A stretch of 64,000 bases of DNA from Anolis carolinensis (taxonomy: Eukaryota). A program made the position numbers and the translations under genes. Positions 1 through 13,100 of the stretch are shown here, piece after piece. The notes under the pieces are model-generated. The model saw only the letters and a list, made by a program, of their open reading frames with translations. It searched no databases and was not told the origin of the DNA. The stretch lies in NCBI RefSeq assembly GCF_035594765.1, contig NC_085841.1, forward strand, positions 91,869,574 through 91,933,573. The letters are read 5' to 3'. The stretch's first letter is position 1. Every line of letters starts with the position of its first letter.

Positions 1-1430
1 AACTATTATCAGAAATCTTGCTTGCTTTCCAATAGTTTACACAGACTTGAGATAGATGTGAGATAAAATAAATACTTTATCAAAGTTAGATTCCCAAGAT
101 TAAACATAACTTAATGGCAGAACTATAAATTTTGAGATGGACCTCTATTGCACAGAAAAATGTCTTTCCTGTGAATGATTTGATGCATGTATTTTTAGAA
201 ATGCTGTTTTGTTTACAGTTCACAATCCCCATCTTTTAAAAGAAAAGAAATAAGGTCTACCTCAAGTATTTGTATTACCCATAAATTAGGTAGCATCACT
301 TTCTCCTGGATGCTTCTCTTGTCTATCCTTTGTCCTTGTCCTTAAGGTTGGCTAGGTTTTATGAGGCACTTGTCTCCTTGCCATTGAAATCTCCCATCCC
401 TACTAGATTTCTCTACAACTACTTCTGTACACTGCACAGTATAGATGAATTGCTTGCACTCAGTGGTTGAAATATGGTAGGAAACTCTACATATAATTTT
501 ATGCACTTCCTTAGGAGGTTTCATTATTCTTTCCAGTTGAAGGTGAATTATTTAGAGGGGAGCGAAGACTCCTTCCTTGGAGTTTATTTGCATGCATGTG
601 ATCAAGAGTTACTGTTCTGAGCCTCTGAGGAAATTTCCTTGGAGATCCCTAATCACCCTTAGAAATATACTCTAATGAAAATCTATTCATCTCAGAGTCT
701 TTCAATGTATCATTTTTACCATAAGATTAAAAATATATTTCTTTTTACCTTAGGAAGTAATAAAACCATAAACTTTTCTAAATGAGATGGATATGGTAGA
801 AAAGACCCCAAATCTGCCTTATAAAAACACAGATTATATTCAATTTATGATGTCATTATTCTGCATAATGACCTATTTGATTTAATTCTGGTTCTTTCCT
901 CATAAATATAACCCTTTAAGAAAAGACAATCTACTGTTGTACTTCAATACATTAATTTCATTGCTTAAGCTTTCTAACATATTGTTTGGGTGACAGTAAA
1001 CCATATTATGTCACTGAAATATTTTTGGATTACACAACAAGAGGACTGAACACATCAGTCATAATTTGGTAAGTTTTAAAACAATTTGTATTTTAATTTT
1101 GTACCTAGAAGTAAAGAAAAACCTAGAATGTAATTGGATCAAGTAGAAACATAAACTGAATGTGTCCTTTTCTCATTTGGCTCCATACATTTTTGCCAGC
1201 TGAAAAAATCCAATTTTTTTTTGTCTTATTTTGATTTGTTTAGATTCTGGCTGTTTCTTCCCAATGTAAGCTGCGGAATCATATGTTTGTTTTGTTATTA
1301 TTTAATTATTGTTATGCCTTGTTAATTATGTCTCAGTCTAGTTTTTATGGCATTGAATATTTGCTGATATTTGTTGTTAACTGTCCTCAGCCCTCTCGGG
1401 GAAATCGGACGTGATATAGACAAAGTATAT

Positions 1431-1727
1431 TTTTTACAGTATTTATATTCCACCCTTCTCACCCTGAAGGGGACTCAGGGTGGATCACAATGTTGCACAT
1501 ATAATGGCAAACATTCAATGCCATATAAACATAGAGACAGAGACAGAGACGCAGAGGCAATTTAACATTCTCCAGATTCCAGATTCCTGAGGAGATGCTC
1601 GATTCCAGCCACAGGGGGAGCAGCTGCTTCATCATCCACTGTGGCATCTTGATGGATACTTCCTCATTCCAAACGGGAGCTGGACGAGTTTTATGGTGTC
1701 GTAAATTAGTTAAATTTGCCTCCCTGC

Positions 1728-1729
<2 letters not shown>
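1431..1729 (-). mobile_element. 5'-truncated tRNA-derived SINE with L2-like tail
   Basis: Near-identical to the 3' part of the fuller copy at 53235-53735 (TTTTACAGTATTTATATTCC...GAAGGGGACTCAGGG...AGAGACAGAGAC). Confidence 0.85.

Positions 1730-1779
<50 letters not shown>
1730..1779. repeat. (TAT)n microsatellite
   Basis: Perfect trinucleotide run. Confidence 0.97.
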
Positions 1780-1780
<1 letters not shown>

Positions 1781-2024
1781 ATCTGGAATTGAGATAGGCA
1801 GATAGGTCAAAGATAAATATAGCTAACCTTTAATCAAATCAGCACTGGAAAGTTAATAGAGTGTTTAGCGGGCTGATCTTTTTTGACTAGAGGTTTTACA
1901 TATTTCTCCAGGCAGAAGCTTGGGGCCTTTAACAGCTTCATAACAGGCAATAATTTAATAGTGCCAACATCTCCCCATAAATAGATTTCCATGTTGAGCA
2001 AATATACAATGTTTTAGCCTAAAC

Positions 2025-2159
2025 CAGTGGTTCTCAACTTGGGGTCCCCAGATGTTTCTGGCCTACAACTCCCAGAAATCCCAACCAGTTTACCAGCTGT
2101 TAGGATTTCTGGGAGTTAAAGGCCAAAAACATCTGGGGACCGCAGGTTGAGAACCACTG
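2025..2159. mobile_element. hAT MITE (SPIN/Charlie-type termini)
   Basis: TIRs CAGTGGTTCTCAAC...GTTGAGAACCACTG; perfect 8-bp TSD GCCTAAAC at 2017-2024 and 2160-2167; palindromic body. Confidence 0.95.
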
Positions 2160-5100
2160 GCCTAAACCAAGTCTAATCCTAGAACAGTGAAAATAATCAG
2201 TACATTGTTTTGATAACAAAGAAGACTATATAGGGTTAGATGCCAAGTAAAAGATTAACCGATAAGGTAAAATGCAGCTGTGACAGGACCTTTGATTAGA
2301 AAAGGACAGGTGAAAATAGGACTTTAATTACTTTCAAGTGAGCTTAGGATGTTGAAAATCTGTCCAAATACACTTGTAGGAGGTGTGGCCCCTGAAAGGG
2401 CAAAGATCCAGAGACTCACCACAAGGACTTTCCCCAATCCCTAGATTGCAGAATACACAGAAGCAGTTCCAAAATTCCATTGTTCACCAAAATTGTGCTA
2501 GAAGGTGCTCACCGACATAAATCTCCCCCCACACCAGTTCCAAATAGGAGTCAAGCATCTGCTCAGCTTCTATCCCCACCAAACCAACCAAAATTAATTC
2601 CCTTTTTCAAATCACCAAGAAACGCTTGTTACCAATATCAAACAAATGCACTCCATCTTTTCTAAGCAATTCAGATTTGCAATAGGTGACTGAGGGGGTG
2701 GAATATACTAACCAAAACCATTTGTAGGACATGGTAGACTACATTGTTCACCCATTTATGGGCAACATCCAAATGGTGGAGATTACTCCACCCCTGGGCC
2801 AAGGATGTCAAAAAAAAATAAGGGCTGACTAATTTGGTCTTTGGCCATATGTCTTAGCTTGCCAAGATCTTCAATGGCCTGGATGATAAAAGCTTTTCCT
2901 TCCCAAAGTCCCACTGTACATGAGGAGTGTTGCCAAAATAACAAGGGGAGGAGAGTGTGACAGTGCAAACCCCTCTTGCCCTGCCATTCAATGGTAGCAA
3001 AGTCATCTAAGCCAAGGTGGCCTCTAGCGAGTCTGGTGTTCGGCCAAAGAGATGTAACTAATGAGTTCACTAATGTACAGGTGGGACAGGTAACAACCTG
3101 AGAACTCCAAAAGGAATTCTAAAGTGATCAGCATAACAAAATACAGTGCAAGTAGGTGGAGCTATCACTGTGGAAAAAACTGATCTCCTCCTACCACCAC
3201 TTCACTCAGGTTGGGGGAAATCACATCCTAACTGTTATGTATGGGTGCAAGTTTAGAAATAATCACTGAACTTTTAATCAAATTTAAACAGATATAACAA
3301 TAGCACCAAAGATTGGGTGACATGTATCCCCTGATTAGTCTGTTGTCCAGGCAAAAGCAAATGTCCAATATGAAGGCCCTGCTCAACTTTCTTATGGTTC
3401 TTTGCCTTAAAACTGGTCCAATCTTCAAAAAGAGTAGGTACAGACAACTATAGCATGTTCAGGCACCAACTTCGTGTTCCTGGTTCCCACCAAAGGTCAC
3501 ACTACACTACCTTGCCAATTTCTCCAACATCTTCATTTCCTCAGGAAATCTTAGGCACAGAAAGTGAGCCTAGCAGAGAGAAAATGAAGATGGTTCTGCA
3601 CTTTTAACTCATTTTTGCATTAAACCATCCACTATCTGTCTGTCTGTTTGTTTACTGGGGTTTATGTATGTATGTATGTATTCTTACGTGGTTGTGGAGA
3701 AACCAGCACAGATCAGCTACAATCACAAATAGTTTAAACTTCAGATGTAAAAGAAAACACTCATCCAAAATGAGCACTTCAACCATTTTAAGTAGGTATA
3801 GTAGTGAATTAGATTTAATTCTGAAAAGTACATATCAACTTTGATTTGTTTAAAAATGTGGGTAAAATGTAATTCAGTGAAATAAGCTCAAACACTATAA
3901 TCGGTCTCACCATGAAAGAACCACTTAGCCTCATTTTTAAGCCCTTCAACTACACAAAGGTTACTAGGTTACCATCCCAATTTTTTCCCCAGTTAAATAT
4001 TAAGCTCTTCCATGTGACATTTCCATTGATTGTTGACAAGGAAATACATGAATAAAAGCATACTTATAATGTGAAATATACTGTATAGAAGCTGCTAGAA
4101 CTGACACCCTCAAAGTCTTCCTTGGATTGCAATTTTTGCAGAATAATTATTTACATTAAATTAATCTACATGATGAAACACTTGCACCCAGCATGTTTCT
4201 TCCTATATTCTACTGATCAAGTCATATAGCTAATATTTGAAAAATACAATAGTAAGCATAATGAGGACAAATTTACAAACAAATCACAAAATCAAATATG
4301 GTTTGTCTCTGGAGGAAGACCCATCCAGTTGGAATTGCCTGATTTTTCTGCCCACAGGGATATTCTTGCCTTTGCTGAAGGAACATGATTCATGGTTCTC
4401 ATGAAACTTTTCCTTGATTTAAGTCTACTGGGAGGAGGCGATAGCCATACAGTGGGTGGCTTTCACAGTGTGTTCAACCTTATTTCTCTCTCAATGGGCA
4501 TCAACTTTTCGCTTCACATTGGGGTGGGGTGGGGGGGGGGGGAGAAATGCTAGCTAGCTTATAAAGTCCATTGGCAAGTGTGGGTATCCAAAAGCATTGC
4601 TTTACAACATTTCAAATTTTCAGGATTGGTTGTGGAAATATAGCTCTAAATTTATACATACAACTATATAAAAGGCATTTTTTTTACTTTTTATTTCATT
4701 TATGACACCAGTTTACTTTTCCTTGAGAGGCATTAATGTGCTGTAAAAAAACGACAGACATTTTTGAGCTTTTTTTTTTTTTTTTGCTTATGTTCCTCTC
4801 TTTAAAAAGTTACCTGGGTATTTTGTTTTCAAAAATGAGGCAGTCATAAACATTACTCATCCAGAATCACACTACATTTTTTCATCCATGATCATTACTA
4901 TTTAAAGCTACTAGGCAACAAAAACATCACTTGTGTTGCAGAAACCATCTTGTGAATTTGATTCCAATGTAATTTAAATGATGAGTGTATGCTTAACTTT
5001 CAGCTCCAATTTGGTTAATGCTGATGTATATGTTACTTTTATGAGATACTAAGATTACATACTCAGAATTCAAAGATAGCCATGTAACCTGGAATATCAG

Positions 5101-6811
5101 TACAAAAAGCGATCTTGTAGCACATTAAACACTAATTGAGAGAGTGGCTACCCTCAGCTTTTGTGTCTGTTTCCTCAGTCTTTTTCCTCTGGTTGGAGCT
5201 AACTTAGGGAGAGACAAATAAAATAATGAAATATAAATTAAAATTGAAACAGATAAAGAAACGAATTATGAAACTATACACTGTAATGTTGAGATATTTA
5301 AATGTGGAACTCAATAAACCTGCAAGAAATCTAGGAAAGATGATCCTGGACTACATTCACTTATCAGTTTCAACTACAGCAAACTCATTAAATCTATGGG
5401 AAGTTACCAATGCAATACTTATGCAAATTCTATAGATTCAGTGTACTTCCTTTTAGTTGTGACTAACAATTGGATTTGGGCTATTATGTTTAGGAGGAAA
5501 CAGTTTTCTAGTTAAGGAAAACATAAAATAGACAAAAACAACAGTAATCACAGAGCTCATGATCATAATTAGGTAGAATTCTTGATTAATTAACTACCAA
5601 AAGTACAGCAAAAACTAATTTTACATCAGCAGAACTGTGAGAAAAAAATGTGCAGTAGATCAAAAACAGTTTGAATAACAGTATCAAAAACTATCAGCTT
5701 ATCAACTCATAGGCACACTATCTAAAATATAACTGAGAAGGATTATACAAACTGATTCATGCATCCATCAAAGCCATACATATTAAAGAGCAAGAATCAT
5801 GTTTCCTAATATAATTCCACACTGAATAGTAAACACTGCTAGTTTACTAATTAGTCTTATATTTTAAAATATGTGCAATACATAGTGATTATTTGCAGCA
5901 CTACGAGAAACTGAAGTAAATTACTAAAGAAGATTTAACTGTATAACTATTGAACTTAATTTATAGATATGTAAATATGTATTCATAATATTCACACATA
6001 AATTGTTATTGCCATTTTGAATGATGGGAAAAATATGATGTTTTCTGTATACCCAAAATCCTAACAAAATAAAACATCTTTCAGTCTCCACATTTCTGAA
6101 GTCAACACAAAATCCAGTAATCAATCAAGTTTTTTTGTTTCCATCATATACTAAGTCCTTTAAATGTACTAAAACAATGTGTTATTTTCACTATCTAAAA
6201 GATATTACCAACAGTGTGATGTAACTGGATCTGAAATAAATTGTGCTTTTCCCTCTTTGGGGGAGTACTACTACAGAGCCAAACTGTAGCCATTTTTATG
6301 CTTTAAGATATCCTTCTGAAATGTGAGGATATTTTTCCTGACCTGTTTCACTGTTGTAGTTGTTTTTTCGAAGAAACTTTCCACTGTGGCATTTTGTGAC
6401 TTCTTTAGTGCAGGATTCTTTGGGAGTTTTCAGGTCCTGATAATTTTGCATCATATTACAAATGTTTTAAATCAACATTACTGTCACAACAGATTTAAAG
6501 CTTTAATTCCACAAATGAAATCACATTAATCCACAAGGTAAGACATAGAAAATTGCATCAAACTACATAATTTCTCACTGTGTTGCTGAGTTACAGGTAG
6601 ACAGTTATAAATATCGAAAGAGGAACAAGGCATGCCACATTTACACCTCTGTGTTGAGGGTTTTTGAGATAAGGCTCTTGTGACAGTAAAAGGTATACCA
6701 TTCAAAATATGGCATGCCAAAAATGGAAAAACATTTTGGAATAATTACACCAAAGAAAAAACATTTGTGAAGTCATAAAAAGGAATTAAGCATGTATAAA
6801 TAGATTCATAT

Positions 6812-6917
6812 TATTCCCATGCAACATTTAGAGTGTTTATCTTTAAAATTATCTATATCAAATTATTCATAAATTGATAATTTTAAAGATAAACACTCTG
6901 AATGTTGCATGGGAATA
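6812..6917. repeat. 42-bp inverted repeat (hairpin) with 22-nt spacer
   Basis: 6812-6853 is the reverse complement of 6876-6917 with one mismatch. Confidence 0.95.
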
Positions 6918-7510
6918 GATCTATTACCTGCAAACTATGTGTTCCCTAACTTTATACTATCCTGGTACATACAAAAAAAATGGGATAAAAGCTGGGTGAC
7001 AACCAACTAGATGATTTAATCAAGGAAGGGGATGGCCTCCAGACTTGACATAGATGTCTATCCCTGATCTCATCCAACCTGTGCCTCATCTTTGGTAGCA
7101 GCATATTCACAAATGATCACAGTTATTAGTTAGAAACCCAACAAGACCTGTCAGACGCAAGTCTACAGTCCCTATTCTTATCATTGAGCAGTTAGGCAAA
7201 CTGCTCAAACTTGCACTGGATCTTATAGATGTGAGATTTCTTTCAAGAATTCTGAGATGAATTAGCATGACTATTACAGAATAATAGAAGGAGTTGTTGG
7301 GGGCAGGGTACTGCGGGTGAAGTTGTGCATTAATCCAATCAATTTGTCTATTTCCAATTAGGCTTTAGGCCTCAGAAATATATAACTATTCACATTAGTA
7401 GGGGCCAAAAGGGGTGGGGGGGGGAGACCCAAAGGGCACCTTCAGATACATAGAAAAACAATTACTAAGATTATAAGATAATGATAGCAAGTTCTTTTGA
7501 CTGTGTCAGA

Positions 7511-7810
7511 TTATTTATTTATTTCGTGTCAAAAGCATTGTACAACAAATACATTTCAAATAATGGAAATAAAAAAGTAAAAAAAGAAATCACAAGCAAC
7601 TAAATAGTTTTGGACCAAAAGCGGGCAACAGCAACCGCATTATCTGTAGCTTTAAACAACTCCTCCTCCGTACATGAGGCAGGGCATTGTGGGCAAGCAT
7701 ACATATGCTGAGTTGTTTGTTCAGCTCCACAGTCACACAAGGTGGAGGATTCCTTCAGGTAGTGCCACCTTGCCAAGTTGTCTTTTGATCTGCCCACTCC
7801 ACTTCACTTC
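7511..7810 (-). mobile_element. 5'-truncated Vingi/Ingi-type LINE 3' end
   Basis: ORF 7600-7797 carries a C-terminal zinc knuckle (CDCGAEQTTQHMYACPQC); TAAA-type tail; TSD TGACTGTGTCAGATTATT at 7498-7515 and 7811-7828. Confidence 0.88.
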
Positions 7811-9372
7811 TGACTGTGTCAGATTATTATTATTATTATTTATACCACGTTTTATCTCCCCAAAGGGGACTCAAAGTGGCTAAATCTTATGGCTACCAAA
7901 AATAAAGGTAACCTACAAGTCCTTAGTTACATGTCCTAACTGCAAAAATAGGACGATACATTACATTTTTCCCAGTATCCAAGTGAATACCATTTTTATT
8001 TCAAGGCTATGATAATTGTTTAGACACACAAACTGAGAGAAAAATTTCTTATGTTTATTGATGGTTATCACAATTATTTATTAATGTAAATACAATCAAG
8101 TATTAAAATATTGTGACATGTTGCTGTGGTTTTCCCATTACATGAAGTTGTTGAACAAAACTTAAATATTGAACACTTCAGGCTAAGCCTATCTTCCAGT
8201 ACTTACATTTCATATGTTTAATATACCTACAGTTCTTTGCATTGTGCTTGATGTAAGTCTGAGGGTCAATTACCATGACTATAAAAGTACATTTGCATAT
8301 CACATACCAAGAAATAAGAACATTTTTCCTGTAACTTATCTCTCTGAATTAACCATATTTTGCCATCAATGCAATGAAGAGAATGTTTTTTTACTCCAGC
8401 TGAAATTTTCTTTATTGCAATTCTTTCTTTGAAGCTAGAATACTATTGAAGTTTGACTTCCATTCATTTATAAAGGTAGCAAAACTATGCTTCAGAGCCT
8501 CTGCATATGAAACCTTTTCCAAATTTGAGCTGTGTTACTGACAGCTGTAGTATTTTGGCTCTTATACAGGAACTGACTGTCCATGAAATCAGGGTTGGCC
8601 AGTTTTCCCCTGAGAATTGAATTTAATAACAACAGAAATGAAGCTTTGATCACCAAAATATACTTTGATGGTGCATCTGATGATTTTAATACTGAGGTGC
8701 AAAATGATCTAGTTTACAAACTTTAGCTGATGGCAAAACAGAATACAAGAAGAAAAAATATATGAAAGCTTTTCTTCTCTTCAAAAGCTAATCTTTCCAT
8801 GGCTTTCATTAGCCATTAAAAATACTCTTTTGAAATAGATGATACTGATTGCTATGGGGCACAGATTATGAACAGGCAACACTGAAGATTTAGTTTACTG
8901 CTGTTACAGTTGTAAAAAATATGCTTATAAAAACAAAACTATATAAAGTAATGTAAAAGAGATTATCAGGGAAATGTTCATTTAGCTTGTCAAAAAATGA
9001 GAAAAGAATAAAAATCATTAAGATATAGGCATAGAAAGGAATAAAAGCGTTTGCTTCCAAAATATGTTGTCACCATGTTTTTTGTGTCTGTGAGAAAAAC
9101 CTTTTTATTTTGTATACATTTATGTCGCATTTGAACTGATGGAGTGAAAAGAGCTTAAGGATTGCAAATATTACCAAGCCATATAATGGAATGGGTGGCA
9201 CCACTGTTAGAAAAGTCCAACGTACAAAAATGGAATTCACACCAGAATAAAATGGAGTAACTGGGGCATAGAAAAGTGGGAAGCTATGGCTACTTTTAGC
9301 CATATGCCACTGCAACACCTGCCTGTGAAAAGCAGACTTGCCCTTGATATAAGACAGTTTGTTCATATTATT

Positions 9373-9760
9373 TACCCTATATACTCATGTATATGTCTCA
9401 AAGGTTTAGTCAAAAATCAACCCAAACAACCTGAGTTGACATATCCACAGGTCAATGTGCATACTAAACATCAAATCTTATTTTTTTAAAAAGGATTCAT
9501 CATCTGCTCTGTGAGGAGTAGCAAAAAGTAAGAGCTTAGTTCTTCCAGGGAGAACCTAAAATAAGTACCAGTTATCTATACTCTTTCTACCATGGCACCA
9601 CTTCTAGTCTTTTTGAATGCCTGAGTGGAAAATGGCAGTGGTGGCCAAGGGTGGTGTTCGTGCTTTCCCATTTCCAAAGAATGGCCCTCAACCTATCCAC
9701 TAGTCATATAAAAATCCACAATTTTTGGAATAATGAGATTAATTTATATGTATATGGTAT
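9373..9760. mobile_element. Degenerate Tc1/mariner (pogo/Tigger-like) MITE
   Basis: Starts TA-CCCTATATACTC and ends GTATATGG-TA (degenerate TIRs, TA flanks). Confidence 0.6.
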
Positions 9761-10013
9761 ATACCACCAACAACACATTTTTAAAGGTCGGTAACTTGAA
9801 AAATCAAAAAATCCATATTTAAACCAAGATGTTCTGGCTAGGGACAAGTGAATGGAGAAGGGAAACAGAAAAAAGTCATGAACTAATAGTTCAGGAATAT
9901 TGGGGTCTAAACTGGAAAAAATGAAAGATGTTATAATCTGATACATAATTGCAGTTTGATCTCTTAACATATTACAACTGCAATTCTGTGGGAGGGCATA
10001 TTTTGTTCTACAT

Positions 10014-10110
10014 CAGGCATGGTCAAACTTCAGCCCTCCAGGTATTTTGGACTTCAATTCCCAATTCCTACCAGCCTACCAGCTGAAGGGCTGAAGTTTG
10101 CCCATATCTG
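10014..10110. mobile_element. Small hAT MITE
   Basis: TIRs CAGGCATGGTCAAACTT...AAGTTTGCCCATATCTG; TSD TTCTACAT/TTCTACAA (7/8). Confidence 0.88.
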
Positions 10111-13100
10111 TTCTACAAGAGAGAGTGACCCTTTGAAGTGAAGATGTAATCTAGCAAGCCTCCTCATGGAAAAATCGCCATTCTTCTGAGGTTGAAACTA
10201 CAGTGTTGTAAATGTTTTGATGGCATTCAAAAGTATGTTAGGAAAGAATCTGCATTCAAAGTCTAAAGCCTTTTCCAATCACATGACCACAAAACAGATG
10301 AAGATCTATGCCAGCCCTAGAGCTGATATGGTTCACTTCCTCCATTCTGGAATCAACAGGAATTTAAAAAGTATAGAAATGAAGAAAATGGCCAGAAATA
10401 ATCAAATGAATCCTTAACTTCTATTTTACTGCATTCTATGTTGCATCATCACAATTGTCAGTATTTTAATTTTAAAAGTTCACTTTTAAGATTTTCATCA
10501 GAAAAAACTGAAAGGTTTTCCATGTGAGATTTCATCAGAAATGTTTTGCAAGTTACTGGTTTTCACCACTCCTTTTTCATGTCAGTTCACTTATGAAGAC
10601 ATTTCCAGCACAAAACCACATGCTATACTATGTAGCATTGCAATATAAAGAAACTACCATGTCTGTATTCACAAGCTGGAAACTGCAAGCAATGAGATGA
10701 AAGACATTCTTGGGAACAGCAGACTTTCATGTTGGAATGAGTTTTAGTCAGTTATTATCCAATGTTCAGACTTGACAACTATTCACATATAGCTGTTGAT
10801 GCTGGTAGAAGTACCGTGAAACACAATTGCACATTACATGGTTGGCTAACTATACTTTTTTTTACAAGTGATACATTTTCTTATCTAGATCACAGTATGG
10901 TGAAAGAATATCTTGGTACCTACATATGAGCGAACTTGCTTTTTCATGATTATCCTTTAGGCCAAGATGTCCAAGAACAGGCTTGCAAGAACAAGGACAC
11001 CTAAAAAGCTGGTTTCCTCTCTAGCAATTATCTAATACATCAGATTGTATGGCAACAAGAAAAACCTAGATTTACATTTACATCTACCATACCTGTGTGC
11101 TGTAACACAAGTGCAATTCAGTTTTCTTTGTTTCCCACATTTGGCAACCAAGACTGTGGCATCACCGACTCAACTGTAAAATTTACAGTAATATCTGCTT
11201 ACAATTGCTTTGATAGGTATGGTATGTGCTTGTCTTCTGCCATCTAATATTACTCTCCTTTAAAAAAAAGATTTTGCCACAACACTGGCAAATGTCATTG
11301 ATCATTGCAGGTTGTGATCATGCATTTGTTTCCAAGATAGGTAACAAGATGCCTAGTACCATTTCCTCACTGATATGCCATCAATAAGGGATGTTAACCA
11401 TGGTCCTAGTTTACAGGCAAGACAAAGTGACAACTCAATTTGTAGTGACACAAATTATGCAGTTACAGCTGTTGGGATCAACAGTAATTGTATCTTCTTA
11501 TCTGCAGATAAAGATTAATACAAATGGAATTACTGAATCATAAGAATGTGTGTTACTCTGCCAGAAAACTTTTCAAATGGAATTATGGTTTGAGCCATGC
11601 AACAAAAATACTACATTTTTTGGTTAGCTTCAGAGTTAAACTTGCTGCTTTGAAGTCACTGAAAGCTCTCTCTCAGAAAAATTTCAAATGAGTCTAACAG
11701 TAAAGGTAAATGCACAAGATAGATAGACCACAGTGGAAATGGATAAGCTACTTCCACAAATAAATTTGCCAATTGTCTTTCCTGTTCCCAGAATTTTTCA
11801 CTTAAGTTTTCCCCGATCTGCAAACTCTTCAAGTTCATTCAGAGACATAATAATAGTAATAATTGTTATTGTTGTTATTACTAGTACTACCACTACTACT
11901 ATCACTAATATTATTATTTTTAACTGCCTCTCCCCAAGGCTTGAAATGAGGTGGTATAATATCATGAAGTATCAAATTAACAAACGAAACTGCTTCCAGG
12001 CAGTATTCAAATTTCAGGCATGATTTCCCCTTCTGCTCCCCTTTCCACTCTGAAAAAAATGGTAGTCTAACCACACTGCAATGCATTCATTTTCAGTATT
12101 TGCATAATGGCTGTCATTTTTCTAAGATGACAGCTGTTGTTCAAGTGGGTTCGAGACTTTAGCACACTGTTGAGAATTCAGACTGCAATCATGTATCCGA
12201 TTACAAATTTCTCCTCAATTTCTTTCCAGGCCTTTTGTATGTTATCATATTTGGACTGTTAAGCTTTGTTTAGATAGGTTTTGAGTATGGGTTTGGAAAA
12301 GATAAGCAGACAGACAGACACAGAGAAAATAGGGTTCAGTGTTCTATGAATCCCCAAGAACCATCATATTACAAGTATATGTTATTGAATCATAAAAGAG
12401 GGGAGAAGTAATTTGCCCTTCCACCAACTGTATCCTGCATTAGATTTCAGACTTGGCATTGAAGTTTGGTATGGATACATATTTTTCTTTGGGGAGGGGG
12501 ATTTTTTTTTTGAAAATATTATGTTTGTGTTCCTACATTAAATGGCATATCTCCACAGTGGTTGCTGTTAAAGTAGCAGAGGGAGAGATGTTTTAGGTTA
12601 TCTGACAAACACCTTTGTGTGTACTCAGTATGGTCTTGCATGCCCTCCATTTCCTTGATATGTTCATTGCAGTGGAGAAAAGAGAGTATTTACTCAATCT
12701 TGTAACATTTTATTATTTTTGTTTTCTTATGAGACTGCTTCAATTGGTTGTTCTTATTTTAAGACAACAAATTCTATGTTTTCATGGATTTTTAAAAATT
12801 TGAGCTGCAAATTAGCAAAATTAAGAATGAACTAATATTTAGGCCTCATCACCTTAAAACAGTTGCAGGGTTCCTGCTATGCACAACACTTTTCATTAAA
12901 TGCAGTCACATGTATTACATTTCTTAAAAAATAATCATTTTCCTCTAGACACACACGTCTCCTCCACTGTCATGTAGAATTCAATTTTAAATTCCATCTC
13001 TTTTCGTCAAAGGACAATTTCATTTCCTTTGTAACACTTGTACCAGTACTGCAGAATGTTTGCGGTTGTCTTGAATAGAGTTTTGTAAGCATAAATAATA

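Noticed and set aside
1595-1792. ORFs with poly-Tyr, and elsewhere poly-Asn/Ile/Met or HT/CV repeats (21418-21782, 39989-40228, 62048-62393)
   Set aside because: Translations of microsatellites.
2290-3540. Possible ancient Gypsy internal remnant on the - strand (DVAHKWV..C..C-like integrase zinc-finger trace near 2730-2790)
   Set aside because: Needs several assumed frameshifts; no catalytic motifs or LTRs seen. Only a profile search could support it.
6300-6440. PIP-box-like QNATVESFF peptide on the - strand
   Set aside because: Spacing does not match Qxx[LIM]xxFF and the frame is interrupted by stops.
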